The position numbers were made by a program, and so were the translations under genes. The notes under the pieces were generated by a model that saw only the letters and a list, made by a program, of their open reading frames with translations, had not been told where the DNA came from and made no database searches. This document shows positions 8,740 to 21,332 of a stretch of 64,000 nt of DNA, in pieces. Within the stretch, counting starts at the first letter, position 1. Each line of letters opens with the position of its first letter. Origin of the DNA: an uncultured beta proteobacterium (GTDB taxonomy: Bacteria > Pseudomonadota > Gammaproteobacteria > Burkholderiales > SG8-41); NCBI GenBank assembly GCA_963802355.1, contig CAWDIV010000001.1, positions 10,839 to 74,838 on the forward strand, read 5' to 3'.

Positions 8740-10215
8740 TTAGACCGTGCCGCCAACGGTCAGGCCGTCTATCCGCAGCGTTGGCTGGCCGACACCAACC
8801 GGCACGCTCTGCCCTTCCTTGCCGCAGGTGCCGACGCCAGGATCGAGCGCCATGTCGTTGCCGATCATGGCCACCCGGGTGAGCGCGTCCGGACCATTGC
8901 CGATGAGGGTCGCGCCCTTCACCGGATAGGCGAGCTTGCCGTTCTCGATGATGTAGGCCTCCGACGCCGAAAACACGAATTTGCCGCTGGTGATATCCAC
9001 CTGGCCGCCGCCGAAGTTCACGGCGTATATGCCGTTATTGACCGACGCGATGATCTCCTCGCGCGACTTGTCGCCATTCAGCATATAGGTGTTGGTCATG
9101 CGCGGCATCGGAATGTGCGCGTAGGATTCGCGACGGCCGTTACCCGTCGGAGGGACGTTCATCAGCCGCGCGTTCAAGCTGTCCTGCATGTAGCTTTTGA
9201 GCACGCCATTCTCGATCAACACGTTGCGCTGCGTCGGATGGCCCTCGTCGTCGATGTTGAGCGAGCCGCGCCGGGTTGCGATCGTGCCGTCGTCCACGAC
9301 GGTCACTCCCGGTGCCGCGACGCGCTCGCCGATCCTTCCGCTGAAGGTGGATGTCCCCTTGCGGTTGAAATCGCCTTCGAGGCCGTGCCCGACCGCCTCG
9401 TGCAGCAGCACGCCCGGCCACCCGGGACCGAGCACCACGGTCATGGTACCCGCGGGGGCGGGCCTCGCTTCGAGATTGACGAGCGCCTGGTCCACCGCCT
9501 TCTTCGCGTAGTCCTGGAGCACCTCGTCGGTAAAGTACGCGTAATCGAACCGCCCACCGCCGCCGGAACTGCCCTGCTCGCGCCGGCCTTCCTGCTCCAC
9601 GATCACCTGCAACGAGAGCCGCGTGAGCGGCCGCACGTCGGCGGCCAGCACGCCGTCCGATCGCGCGATCAGGATGACTTCGTACTCCCCGGCAAGATAA
9701 GCCATGACCTGGGAGACGCGCGGGTCGAGAGAGCGCGCGCAACGCTCGATACGCTCGAGCAAGGCGACTTTAGCCCGATCATCGAGACTCGCCAGTGGGT
9801 CCTGGGGCACGTACAGGTTGTGACCTGCGCGGCGCGTTACGACCTGCGTGCGGCTCGTCTGACCCTGGCGCGCAATGGCGCGAGTGGCCTCCGCGGCGGA
9901 AGTGAGGGCCGCCAGGCTGATGTCATCCGAATAGGCGAATGCGGTTTTCTCGCCGGATAGCGCCCTGACACCAACACCCTGGTCGATGTTGAAGCTGCCC
10001 GATTTGACGATGCCCTCCTCAAGGCTCCAGGACTCGCTGCGGGTGTACTGGAAGTAGAGGTCTGCGTGATCCACCCGATGCGCCATGATTTGACCGAAAA
10101 CGGTCTCGAGGCGGTTGCCGTCGAGGGCGTAGGGGGCGAGCAACACCTCGTTCGCTGTCGCGAACGAGGTTTCAAGTTTCAAGTTTGAAGTTTGAAGTTT
10201 GGGTGCGTCGGTCAT
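8740..10215 (-). CDS. tldD: Metalloprotease TldD
   Basis: [35 protein letters not shown]...[18 protein letters not shown] (HExxxH-type TldD motif). Intact. The ATG at 10215 is preferred over the TTG at 10233. Confidence 0.93.
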   Translation of the reverse strand: MTDAPKLQTSNLKLETSFATANEVLLAPYALDGNRLETVFGQIMAHRVDHADLYFQYTRSESWSLEEGIVKSGSFNIDQGVGVRALSGEKTAFAYSDDISLAALTSAAEATRAIARQGQTSRTQVVTRRAGHNLYVPQDPLASLDDRAKVALLERIERCARSLDPRVSQVMAYLAGEYEVILIARSDGVLAADVRPLTRLSLQVIVEQEGRREQGSSGGGGRFDYAYFTDEVLQDYAKKAVDQALVNLEARPAPAGTMTVVLGPGWPGVLLHEAVGHGLEGDFNRKGTSTFSGRIGERVAAPGVTVVDDGTIATRRGSLNIDDEGHPTQRNVLIENGVLKSYMQDSLNARLMNVPPTGNGRRESYAHIPMPRMTNTYMLNGDKSREEIIASVNNGIYAVNFGGGQVDITSGKFVFSASEAYIIENGKLAYPVKGATLIGNGPDALTRVAMIGNDMALDPGVGTCGKEGQSVPVGVGQPTLRIDGLTVGGTV

Positions 10216-10308
10216 AGCGCTAACGGGGGCCAAGTCAGGTGGGTAAATAAGAAAGATTGCGTCGATTGTCGGTTTTTCAACCTCAAACTTGAAACCTCAA
10301 ACTTGAAC
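10168..10308. repeat. Heptamer-arm hairpin element (GTTTCAA/GTTTGAA family) enclosing the tldD start region
   Basis: The left arm 10168-10203 lies inside the first codons of tldD. The right arm 10276-10308 (CAAACTTGAAAC units) is complementary. Confidence 0.8.
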
Positions 10309-11207
10309 TAGCACCGGTCCAGAGTCCGGTGAGTGAGCGCCGGCAGGCTCTGCCGCAGGCCGCGCAAATATTGCAGGTTGACGCCCGCCACCACCACGCC
10401 CGAGCCGCGCGGCAGACGGTCGAGCACTACTCCCCACGGGTCGACGATCATGCTGTCGCCGTGCGTTTCGCGCCCGTTCACGTGATAGCCGCCCTGCGCT
10501 GGAGCGAGCACGTAGGCGAGATTCTCGATCGCGCGCGCCCGGATCAGCGTTTCCCAATGCGCCTTGCCCGTGGTCTCGGTAAAGGCCGACGGCACGAGTA
10601 TGACGTCCACGTCCTTCATCGCGCGGTAGAGCTCGGGAAAGCGCAGGTCGTAACAGATTGAGGCGCCGAGGCGGGCGAATGGTGTATCGACCGTGACCAC
10701 GGCGCGGCCCGGCTCTATCGTGCGCTCTTCGGCGTAGCTCTCCTGCCCCATCTCGAATCCGAACAGGTGGATCTTGTCGTAGCGCGCGGCAAGCAGCCCC
10801 TTGTCGTCGTAGATGAGACAGCTGTTGCGCACTTTCCCGGCCGACTCGCATTCGAGGGGAACGGAGCCGCCGACGAGCCAGATCCCGTGCTTCTTCGCGG
10901 TCATCGAGAGAAAATCCTGGATCGGACCGCCTCCCTCCTTCTCGCGCACCGCCACCTTGTCGGTGTCCCGCATGCCCATGATGCCGAAATACTCGGGCAG
11001 CGCGACCAGCCTCGCGCCCTTGTCTACGGCCATCTCGATCAAGCGCCCCGCTTCCTGAAGATTGCCCTCGACGCTGGGCCCGGAAGCCATCTGCACGGCC
11101 GCGATACGCGTCACGCCGCTCTGCGGCGCCTGCGCCGACTTGCCTAAAGATGGACGGGGGCTCACGACGGATGAAGGATGAAGGATGAGGGCTGAGGGAT
11201 GATGCAA
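10308..11207 (-). CDS. Carbon-nitrogen hydrolase (nitrilase superfamily) protein
   Basis: RIAAVQMASGPSVEGNLQEAGRLIEMAVDKGARLVALPEYF...ICYDLRFPELY...VPSAFT. The N-terminal 30 aa overlap a GGATGAA repeat, so the start is uncertain. Confidence 0.88.
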   Translation of the reverse strand: MHHPSALILHPSSVVSPRPSLGKSAQAPQSGVTRIAAVQMASGPSVEGNLQEAGRLIEMAVDKGARLVALPEYFGIMGMRDTDKVAVREKEGGGPIQDFLSMTAKKHGIWLVGGSVPLECESAGKVRNSCLIYDDKGLLAARYDKIHLFGFEMGQESYAEERTIEPGRAVVTVDTPFARLGASICYDLRFPELYRAMKDVDVILVPSAFTETTGKAHWETLIRARAIENLAYVLAPAQGGYHVNGRETHGDSMIVDPWGVVLDRLPRGSGVVVAGVNLQYLRGLRQSLPALTHRTLDRC

Positions 11208-11229
11208 CTCGTCACTTCGTCACCAGTTT

Positions 11230-11604
11230 TTAGTCACGAGTCACTTCGATGCGCAGCAGCTCGGACGGCGTGAGATCGTTGCGCAGCAACACGTGATCCG
11301 CTTCGATCGCCAGGGAAATCAGCCACGCGCGCAGCTCTTCGGCTTGCACCAACGATTCCGGGCTCGTGCCGTGATGGACGATGAGGCGCCCGCCGGGACG
11401 GGCGAGCCACGCGATTACAGCCTGCCTTATCGCGAAGGGCTCCATGACTGCCGTGCCGCTGCGCGGCCGGTCCCACAGCTCGGCCGGAACCGTGAACGAC
11501 TGCGCGCAGGCCTGTGCCGAGGCGCCGAGCGCGATGGAGGCAAGTAGCAAGACCTTCACTGGATTTTCCTTTTTCTCCTGGTGCGGTCGCATTTGAATGC
11601 TCAT
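11230..11604 (-). CDS. Small secreted hypothetical protein
   Basis: Signal peptide VKVLLLASIALGASAQACAQ. Its ATG overlaps the yhdP-like stop (ATGA). Confidence 0.55.
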   Translation of the reverse strand: MSIQMRPHQEKKENPVKVLLLASIALGASAQACAQSFTVPAELWDRPRSGTAVMEPFAIRQAVIAWLARPGGRLIVHHGTSPESLVQAEELRAWLISLAIEADHVLLRNDLTPSELLRIEVTRD

Positions 11605-14600
11605 TGCGGTTTCTCACCCTCCGGTCCCGCCGCCTGGCGCTCGAGACGTGCGACATTGGGCTCGGCCCACGGACCGGTCACGGTGTATTCGTAGGAGACG
11701 AGCTGATCGAGCGGATCTTTCGAGTATTTTTTGCGCGAGAAAGGCCGCGACGCCGGCAATCGGGCCGCCGATCAGCGCGCCGGCGATCGAAACGCCGTCG
11801 CTCACGCTCGGGGAAACCCGTACGCGCAGCTTCTGCGTTTCGCGCGTTCAGATCAACCTCGCCCGCCATCACGATGCGCGCCGAAGGGCCCTGGATGCGG
11901 AAACTGTCGGTGCTCGCGATGCCGCGGTCGAATCTTGACCGCGCCGACGATGTCGTCAAACGCGAGCCCTTCGCTGAAGATGTCGCGGAAATCGAGCGTG
12001 ATCCGGCGCGGCAGCGCCTGCAGGCTCAGGATGCCGAGCAGCTTGCCGATGCCCGGGTCGAGCTTGATGAACTGGCCGCGTTCGAACCTCCAGCAGCAGT
12101 CCGCCCCGAGCGTCGGATAGTCGAAGTCGTAAGGCGCGCCCGTCCACGCGAGCGCGCCCTTCCAGCTTGGCCTTGCCGCGCCGCACGCCTTCCGGATAGC
12201 CCAGACGCGACAGTAATTTTCCGGCGTCTGGTGTATCGAGCCGCAGGCTGATCTGGGTGCGCTGCTCCACGAGGTCCGTCTGCCACAGCCCGTCCGCTGT
12301 GAAACGTCGCGTCGGGATTGGCGATACGCAGCTTTTCGATGCGCCAGCTCTCTCCCGTCGAGCTGGCATTCAATTCGAGGCGACCGAGCTGCTTGTCGTT
12401 CTTGACGAACTGTTCCGCGATGAGATCCACCGCCGGCAACTCGCGCAGCTTGACGCGGGTTTTAGACGCACCGGTGTCCGGCACGAAGTTGCCGGAATGG
12501 CGAGCGTCTTCATCCGCGCGACGAGCTTTGCCCGCCCCTGCGGGTCCCAGGCTGCATTGCCGTCCAGTTCCTTGCCCGCGACCGTGCCGCGCCATTGCCC
12601 GCCCTGTGCCGTGGCGTTGAGCGCGAGCTGATTGAAGCGCCGGCCAAAGAGATCCACCGTCTCGGCCTTGAGATCGACGCCGCCCCAATCGATGCGCGCA
12701 TCGGCACTGCCATCGCGCATCAGAGCGATCCAGCGGTCGAGATCCAGCGACTTCACGGACCCGCTCGACCCAGACGCCGTTTTTCTCGGGCTCCGCCGCG
12801 GCGCCACCGAAACGTACCGTGCCGCGGGTAATCGCCGAGCGCTTTCCCTCCATGCGCCGGGCGAACTGTGCGCTCACGATGTCACCGAATGCAACGCTCA
12901 GGCGATCCTGGTCTTTCCCGAGGGTCCGCCGCTCGAAGCGGAACGGAAGGGAGTCGGCCGCCGCTTTACCGAGGGGGGCCGGCAGATCTGCGGCAAGACC
13001 CTGCAGGCTGGATTCGATCACGACATCGGCCACGCGCTTGTGTACGGTGTAGTTCGCCCGCCAGTCGGTCGCGCCGCGCACATGTTGCAGCAACTGCTGT
13101 CCCGTCACCGTGCGGCGGATGTTTTCGGTGCTGATGCGCCCCTGGACCGCAATGAGTACGCCGGAATCACGCTGCGTGGTGGCGGAGATCGTGACCGGAC
13201 CGCCGGCGAAAGTGCCAGTGATCCCCTGCGCGCGCACGGTCGTTTTGGGTGAACTCGATGCGCCCGCTCGCCTGCTCGATCGGCGGCAGATCCGGGTCGG
13301 CAACGACGGTGTTGCCGGTGAACTGGTAGGCGCCCGCCACCTGGGTCTGATCCCTGGAGGCCGCAGGCAGGTGCAAATCCAGCTTGAGCGTCAGCCGGCC
13401 CGACCCTGTACCTGCCAGCCCTCGGTGAAATGATCGATCATGCCGATCACCGGGCTCTTATCGATGAACGCGAAGAATTCGCTGGTCGGCCCTTCCGCTT
13501 CTCCCGTCACCCGCAATATCTCTTCGGGGTTCTTAAGATCGGGAATCTCCGCGCGCACGTTCGACAGCCGCGCGCCGAGCACCGTGCCCTGCTGCGCATT
13601 GACCTCGAGGCGGCTCCCGCGGAACAGCACGTCGCCGGCGATGTGCTCGATCCTCGGCCATCCGTTCGCGTAGTCGAGCGTTCCGTCGGTCACCTTGGCC
13701 GTTACCTGGAATACGCCGGTCTTCCCGTCCGGAAACGGGAATTCGTTCAGATTGCCCTTGAGCCGCAGCGTCACCTCATTCGAGTGCCCGGAGAGAAACG
13801 CGACGTCGAGCCAATCGCGCGCGCGCTGGCCGACCTGCAACGGAATATAGCGGCTCACCGAGCGCGCGTCGGCCCGTGTCAGGCTGCCCGTGAGATCGAT
13901 ACTGCCGCGGGAATCACCGGCCGTCCGATAGTTGCCGACCAGCGCCCCCGCCACATGGGAGTTGGAGAAGGAAATGCTGTTCAGTCGCAACTCGGTTTCT
14001 CCACCGCCGCGCGCCCAACCGAGTTGAGCGGTCAGCACATCGAACTGGAGCGGCTCACGAAACACGAGCGGCATTTCGACGGTGGCGTTCTGGGTGTTCA
14101 ACTGGAGCGTGCCGCCGCGCTCGTTGCCTTCGAGGCTGCCGCTCACCCCTCTGAAGCCCGGTATCTTGCCCATGCCCTGCAAGGCGAGCCCGAAAAATCT
14201 TCCCTTCGCGCTGTACTCGCTCGGCTCGCGCCAGTCGCCGCTCCAGCGGACCTGCACGTCACCGATATGCCCTTTGGGCGAGAGCGTCGCCAACTGCTGG
14301 CGCGCTTCGGCCGGGAATGGCAGATGATCTGCAAGCACCACCAGGGGCGCGAGATCGAGCGCATTGACGTTGAGTTCGCCGCGCTCCGGACGCCCGCCGG
14401 CCGCCGGGGTGAACCGCAGCAGGAAATCCGTCGCAGGCAGCGCGAGCCCGCCGGTAGTGGTCATCTTCAGGCCCGAAGTCGTGACTTCGAAACTGGTAGC
14501 TGACATTTTCCAGCCGAGGCGCCCGGAAAGATCCGTCAGGTCGAGCTCGGACAGGTTTTTTTCGATTCGCGCGCGCACGTCGGCAAGCCGCACGTCGGCG

Positions 14601-15481
14601 ATCGCTTCGGTCAGCTGATTCTGGCTGAACGTGAGCCAGGTCCGCAGGCCGCCGCTGCCGCGCGGAAGTTCGATGGGAAATGGGACCCAGGTGCGCCACG
14701 CGGCGATATCGGCATAGTCGAGCGCCAGGTAGAGCTTCCCGTTCCACTCGGCAAGCGCCTTACCGTGGTGCCGGTCAGATCGCCGCGCACGTCGAGCGGT
14801 CCGGCCAGCTCCGCGGGGGGTACGGCGCGCAGACCGAACTTATGGTGGCCGCCGCTGATTAGTGATCTGCAGATTGACGTTCTTCAGCTCGAGCGGCGGC
14901 GCGCGGCGCAGCTCGTCGTGCCACACGATCGTGGCGTCCTGGATCTGTATGCGGCGCTGCTGCAGCAACCAGTCGGCAAAACCACCGCCGTCCTCCTCTC
15001 CCGTCACTTCCATGCCCGCCACCGAAAGCTTGCCGTCGGAATCGCGCCGGATATTCAGTGTAGGCGAATGAATTTCGAGCGCGTAGAACCTCAACTGCAA
15101 CGTCGGGATCGAGAGCCACGATAGCATGTGGTCGACGCGCGAGAGCACCAGGGCGGGGCGACCGGCCGCATCGTGTACCGTCACCTGTTCGAGGATCAAC
15201 TGTGGCCGCAATCCGTCCCAGTTGGCGCTGATTCTGCCGATGGTGATTTTCTGGCGGGCTTTCTCGCTGACTATGCCGGCGATGTCGTCCCGGTAGTGCT
15301 CGATGTTGGGGAGCACCCAGTAGCGCAATGCGAGCACTACGCCGGCAGCCGCCAAGACGGTGACAAGAACGCTCCAGGCAACAACGCGATAGACCCAATG
15401 CGTGCCGGTACGCAGCCATTTGAGCCTGACGGGTCGTGTCACGTTTTGCCTGATATCCGAAAAAATGCGATATTGAGTCAA
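11601..15481 (-). CDS. YhdP/AsmA2-like large envelope protein (DUF3971 family); reading frame interrupted by many frameshifts
   Basis: The N-terminal fragment 14840..15481 has a TM segment plus ISANWDGLRPQLILEQVTV. Fragments 13391..14593 and 12026..13303, 12370..12807, 11956..12369 follow. The C-terminal motif LAQKIL(K)DPLDQLVSYEYTVTGPWAEPNV is recovered only after a frame change near 11700. Confidence 0.8.
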
Positions 15482-15956
15482 GGCTTTACGTATTCTACCC
15501 CGATCTCGAGATGCAATCCCATAACGCAGTCGGATTTAGTCGAGCTTCACGTAACTTCGTTACGTCGCTCGACCCCTCCGCGCCAACCCTTCTCCCGAGC
15601 GGAGAGGATGCGCCGGAGCGTGGAGCAGGGATCGGCGAACGTGGAGCAGGGGCCCGCTCGCGGGATGCGACCGCGGAGGCGCACATTAGCACGCGGGTTA
15701 TCCGGCGCTTGCGTCCCGCTGCGGGGGGCCGGTGGAACGTGGAGCAGGGGCCCCGTTTTCGGGGATGCGACCGTGGAGCCGGCCATGAGCGCGTCGAGTC
15801 CGGCCCAATGCGCGTCTCCGGGGTCAGATCCCCAAGAAAATCCTTGGGGCCCCTCTTCCGCCCTACGACGCGCCATCCACGCACATTACGCTTGGAACCC
15901 GCTCCGCCCTCCGCGGGCGCCGTCGAGCGAGTCCGGATGTGTCACCCGGTTTCGCA

Positions 15957-18675
15957 ATGATCGACACGGCTGATGCCCTGATCGAACGGGCGGCGCAGCT
16001 CAGCCACTATGTGGAGAGGCTGGTTTCCGCCGAGGCGTCCCTGAAATGGGATACTCCGGTCGACCATGCGTTCAGCGCGGCGGAGATGCGTGCAGCGCTC
16101 GACGCGGACCACACGGGGGACGAAGCGACCCTCAAGCGTGCGCTGCGCACCCTCCGCAAGCGGGTCATGCTCAATCTCATCGCGCGTGACCTGGGCGGGG
16201 TCGCGTCGCTTGCAGAAGTGGTGAATAACACGACGGCGCTTGCCGAAGTCGCCATAGCTTACGCCCTGCCGCGGCTCGACGAGGGGCTTGCCGCGCATCA
16301 CGGTCGGCCGGTCGCCGCGACAAGCGGGCGCGTCCAGCAGCTGCACGTCGTCGGCATGGGCAAACTGGGCGGCGCGGAACTGAATGTCTCTTCGGATATC
16401 GACCTCATTTTTGTTTACCCCGAGGACGGCGAGACGACCGGCCCGCACCGGATCAGCAATCACGAGTATTTCACGCGGCTCGGGCGCAAGCTGATTGCGG
16501 TGCTATCCGAGATGACCGCCGATGGTTACGTGTTCCGCGTGGACATGCGATTGAGACCCTACGGAGATGGCGGCCCGCTGGTCTCGAGCTTCGAGATGCT
16601 GGAAAACTACTTTCGTCACTCAGGGCCGGGAGTGGGAGCGTTATGCCTGGATCAAGGGCCGCGCGCTGACCGGCGAACGCGGAGCCGAGCTCGAAGAGTT
16701 GGTAACACCGTTCGTCTACCGGCGCCATCTTGACTATAACGCCTTCGCCGCGCTGCGCGACTTGCACGGCCAGATCCGGCAGGAAGTGGAACGCCGGGAT
16801 ATCGCCGATAACATCAAGCTCGGCCCCGGTGGCATACGCGAGATCGAATTCATCGTGCAGGTGTTCCAATTGATCCGCGGCGGCCGCGAGCCGGCGCTGC
16901 GCGCCCGGCCGACGCTCGCGGTGCTCCCCCTCCTCGGGGCGCGCAAGCTGCTCAGCCCGCAGGCAGTCGAGGAGCTCACAGAGGCGTACGTGTTTCTACG
17001 CAACCTCGAGCATCGTCTGCAATACCTGGACGACCAGCAGACCCACGTCCTACCGCAACCGGATGCCGACCGAACGCTCATCGCGCAGGCGATGACGCTG
17101 CCCGATTATGGCGCGCTCTCCGGCGAGATCGAGGCTCACCGCCGGCGCGTAGCCCGTCATTTCCAGGACATCTTCGCCGCCTCATCCGACGCGGCGCATC
17201 CTCTCTCCCACCTGTGGCAGTTGACCGATGATGCGCCGAAGGTGGCCGCCGAGCTCGAGGCGCTGGGATACCGCCGGCCGCCTGCGATCGCCGAACGGCT
17301 GAAGACGATGCACACGAGCGGACGATATCGCGAGATGCCCGCCGCGAGCCAGGCGCGGCTCGACCGCCTCATTCCGCTCGCGATCGAAGCCGCGGCACCC
17401 GAGCGCGACCCGGACTCGGCGCTCGAGCGCGTGCTCGATCTGCTGGACGCGGTCAGCCGGCGCGGCTCTTATCTCGCGCTGCTCGAAGAGTACCCGCGCG
17501 CGTTGAAGCAGCTCGCGGCACTGATGAGCGCGAGCCCCTGGGTGGCGCAGTACCTGACCCAGCACCCGATCCTCCTCGACGAATTGCTGGACAACGCGCA
17601 CTCTCTACGCCGCGCCCGACTGGCCCGCAGCGGCCCGCCAGCTCGAAGCCCACCTCGCGGAAGCTGCGGGCGAAACCGAAAAGCAGATGGACGCGCTGCG
17701 GCACTTCAAACACGTGCACACCCTGCGCCTCATCGCGCAGGACCTGGCGGGAATCTTACCTCTCGAAACCCTGAGCGATCACCTGAGCGACCTGGCGTGC
17801 GCCATTCTGGCGCAGGTCCTGCGTCTCGCCTGGAAAACGGTGCGCCAGACTCATCGCGGCGAGCCGCGCTTCGCGGTGATTGCCTACGGGAAGCTCGGTG
17901 GCAAGGAGCTCGGCTACGCCTCGGACCTCGACCTCGTGTTTCTATACGACGATCCCGCTCCGGAAGCGGCCGAGAATTACGCGCGACTCGCGCAACGCAT
18001 GAACAACCTGCTTACCACCATGACGTCCGCCGGCGTGCTCTACGAGACGGACCTCCGGCTGCGGCCGGACGGCGCGGGCGGGCTGCTAGTGAGTCCGCTC
18101 GCGAGCTTCCGCGAATATCAGGCGCAGCACGCGTGGACGTGGGAGCACCAGGCGCTGTCGCGCGCGCGCTACGTCGCCGGCGACGGGACGATCGGAGAGG
18201 CATTCGAGGCGCTGCGCGTGACGGTTTTGCGCCAGCCGCGCAACCCGGCGGTGTTGCGCCGCGACGTGGCGCAAATGCGCCAGAAGCTGCTGGAAGCCCA
18301 TCCCAACCGTACCACGCGCTGTTCGACCTCAAACACGATCGCGGCGGCATCATCGATGTCGAATTTATCGTGCAGTACCTGGTCCTCGGCCATGCCCACC
18401 GGCACGCCGAGCTCACGGGTAACATCGGCAATCTCGCCCTGCTCAAGCTCGCGGCGCGGTTGGGATTGATCGCAGAGCCCCGCGCGCTGGCCGCCCACCA
18501 AGCCTATCGGCATTTCCGCCGGTTGCAGCACGCCCTGCGGCTGCAGGGAGAGAAATACGCTCGCATCGACCCGGGCTCCGTGGCGAGCGAGCGGCGGGCA
18601 GTGCAGGAACTATGGGAAAGCGTGATGGGGCGACGGGGCGGAGCGCGAGGTCGAATAAACATCAGCCATTTATGA
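15957..18675 (+). CDS. glnE: Bifunctional glutamine synthetase adenylyltransferase/adenylyl-removing enzyme; at least 3 frameshifts
   Basis: Fragments 15939..16733, 16567..18675 and 17687..18469 each carry GlnE motifs (GMGKLGGAELNVSSDIDLIFVY; AYGKLGGKELGYASDLDLVFLYD; GGIIDVEFIVQYLVL). Confidence 0.9.
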
Positions 18676-18694
18676 AATCAGTTAAGCGTTTGCG

Positions 18695-20005
18695 TCACTG
18701 CGCCCGCGCCGCCTCCTGCCCCTTGCGCCCCAGCAGACGGTAGGCGGCTAGCTCGCCCTTGCCCTTGACGGTCAGCGTTTGCGGGCCCTCGAAGTCGAAC
18801 AGGTGACGAACCCGCTTGTAAGTCGCGGTATCCACCAATATCGTGTTCGCTGCGGCCTCGGCGGTGACACGGCTCGCGATGTTGACCGTGTCGCCCCATA
18901 AGTCGTAGATGAACCTTTTCATTCCGATTACGCCGGCCACGACGGGGCCCGTCCCGATGCCGACGTGGATCTGCAGCCGCGCACGCTTGAACCCCGAGCG
19001 CGTATCCATGTACTGGCTCATATCGAGCGCCATGCCGCAGATGCTCTCCGTGTAGTCGCGGTGGTCCGGCCCGCCCTTGCCGTCGCCGTGATGCTCGCCG
19101 AGCCCACCCGCCACCATGTAGGCGTCCCCGATGGTTTTGATCTTTTCGAGGCCATGTTTCTCGGCGAGCCGATCGAACTGAGAGAACACCTCGTTCAGTA
19201 CCCCCACCATCAGGCGCGGTGACATTTCTTCCGCGAGCCGCGTGAAATTGATGATGTCTGCGAACATCACGGTCACGTCGGCAAAGCCGTCGGCGATGAT
19301 GCTGTGCTGCTGCTTCAGACGCTGCGCGATCGGGCCGGGCAGGATGTTGAGCAGCAGTCCTTCGGACTTCTCCTGCTCTTCCTTCAACTCTTGGTGCTGC
19401 TTGTTGATCTGCACCGACAGCTTGTCGCGCTGGCGGACGAAATAGCTGATGAGGAGATAGACGATGGTCGACATGCCGGCGAAATTGAGCGCGAAGAACA
19501 CTGCGATGCCCTGCATCGTCACGCCCGCCTCGACCCCTTCGGTAAGGTAATAGTCGAAAAACGCGGACAGCGCCGTCATCACGATATACGCGAAAAACCA
19601 CGGCAACGACTCGCGCGGACCCTGAAATATCATGACCCCCACCGGCGCGAGCAGCGCCCACAGCATCACGCCAGAGGAGCTGATGTAGCTGCCGATGCTC
19701 CACTGCATGATGAACGGGACGAACAGGAACAGGCTCGTCTGGATGAAACGGAACAGCGGGAAGTTGCCCTTCCAGAGGTAGAGCGCGAGCGATGCCGCGG
19801 ACAGGACCACGTACGCGAACGGCACCGTCGAGGAGAACCGGATGCCCATGGCCTGATAGATCGCGACCCACACCATCGCTGCGAACGCCATCAGACCGCT
19901 GGCGAAGATCAACAGCGTCTTGTTGAGCCTTTCCTGCTCGCTGTCGTGCTCGGAAATGACGCGCTGGCTCAGACTTCCCAGCCACGCGCGTAAATCACGC
20001 GCCAT
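18695..20005 (-). CDS. Membrane-bound adenylate/guanylate cyclase (class III) domain protein
   Basis: About six N-terminal TM segments, then the cyclase core VTVMFADIINFTRLAEE...LEKIKTIGDAYMVAGG...GIGTGPVVAGVIG. Intact, 436 aa. Confidence 0.88.
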   Translation of the reverse strand: MARDLRAWLGSLSQRVISEHDSEQERLNKTLLIFASGLMAFAAMVWVAIYQAMGIRFSSTVPFAYVVLSAASLALYLWKGNFPLFRFIQTSLFLFVPFIMQWSIGSYISSSGVMLWALLAPVGVMIFQGPRESLPWFFAYIVMTALSAFFDYYLTEGVEAGVTMQGIAVFFALNFAGMSTIVYLLISYFVRQRDKLSVQINKQHQELKEEQEKSEGLLLNILPGPIAQRLKQQHSIIADGFADVTVMFADIINFTRLAEEMSPRLMVGVLNEVFSQFDRLAEKHGLEKIKTIGDAYMVAGGLGEHHGDGKGGPDHRDYTESICGMALDMSQYMDTRSGFKRARLQIHVGIGTGPVVAGVIGMKRFIYDLWGDTVNIASRVTAEAAANTILVDTATYKRVRHLFDFEGPQTLTVKGKGELAAYRLLGRKGQEAARAQ

Positions 20006-20288
20006 TTGGTTTTCTTCCCCCTCGCTGGAATATTTGCAACCGACCGCAGTGCCGTGACGGCGTCGCCAACGAAAGTTGATTTTACTCAGTGCAAGCCGAG
20101 TTTGCTACCACCGGGTTACGACTTGCCATCCGCATTCACATGCCCGCGGCCGTGCCTTCGACAGCCTGGCAGCCTGTCGGACTTGAAGTTAAGACAGGCT
20201 GCTAAATGCAAAACCGCCCGCACTTGCCGCGGAGCGGGGTCCAGGACTGACAGGCTGTTAAAATGGCGGCTTTCGATGGAGCGCACTC

Positions 20289-21217
20289 ATGTCAATGGCT
20301 GATCGCGACGGGCACATCTGGTACGACGGGAAGCTCGTGCCCTGGCGCAGCGCCACGACACACGTGCTCACGCATACCCTGCATTACGGCATGGGCGTGT
20401 TCGAAGGCGTGCGCGCCTACAAGACAGCGAACGGCACCGCGATCTTCCGCCTTCGCGAGCACACCGATCGCCTCTTCCGCTCGGCGCACATCAACGGCAT
20501 GAAGATCCCGTACGACAAGCAGACGCTGGTCGAGGCGCAGAAGGAAGTCGTGCGCGCCAACAAGCTCGAATCCTGCTACATCCGTCCGATCGCGTTTTAC
20601 GGCTCCGAGGAGATGGGAGTGTCCGCCGAAGGGCGTAATCGTGCACGTCGCCATCGCCGCCTGGCCGTGGGGGGCCTATCTCGGGCCGGAAGCAATCGAG
20701 AACGGCATACGCGTCAAGACTTCGTCCTACGCGCGCCATCACGTCAACGTCACCATGTGCCGGGCGAAGTCAGTCGGCACCTACATGAATTCGATTCTCG
20801 CGCACCACGAGGCGACTCAGCACGGCTACGACGAGGCCCTGCTCCTCGACGTGGACGGCTTCGTCGCCGAAGGGCTCCGGAGAGAATATCTTCATCGTGA
20901 GCAACGGCACGCTCTACGAGCCGGAGCTCACTTCCGCGCTGGAAGGCATCACGCGCGACTCCGTCATCCGGCTCGCTGGCGATTTCGGCATACCGGTTGT
21001 CGCGAAGCGCATCACGCGCGATGAGGTATACGTGGCGGACGAGGCGTTCTTCACCGGCACCGCGGCCGAAGTTACGCCGATCCGGGAGCTGGACAACCGC
21101 GCCATCGGCAGCGGCAGGCGCGGCCCGATCACCGAGAAGCTGCAGAAGGCGTTTTTCGACTGCGTGCTGGGGAAGTCGGAGAAGTACCGCGACTGGCTGA
21201 CGCCGGTTGCCGCGTGA
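20289..21217 (+). CDS. ilvE: Branched-chain amino acid aminotransferase; 2 frameshifts (near 20635 and 20880)
   Basis: [35 protein letters not shown]..., [15 protein letters not shown] and [30 protein letters not shown] are spread over three frames. Confidence 0.9.
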
Positions 21218-21332
21218 ACGAGCGGCGGGGAACGGGCCCCTTCCGGTAGAGTCGCTCGGGGCCTTCCCGTTCCACCCGGCACCCCCGACATCACACGATC
21301 GAATCTTCTTTATGAAGACCGATAGGCTTTAT

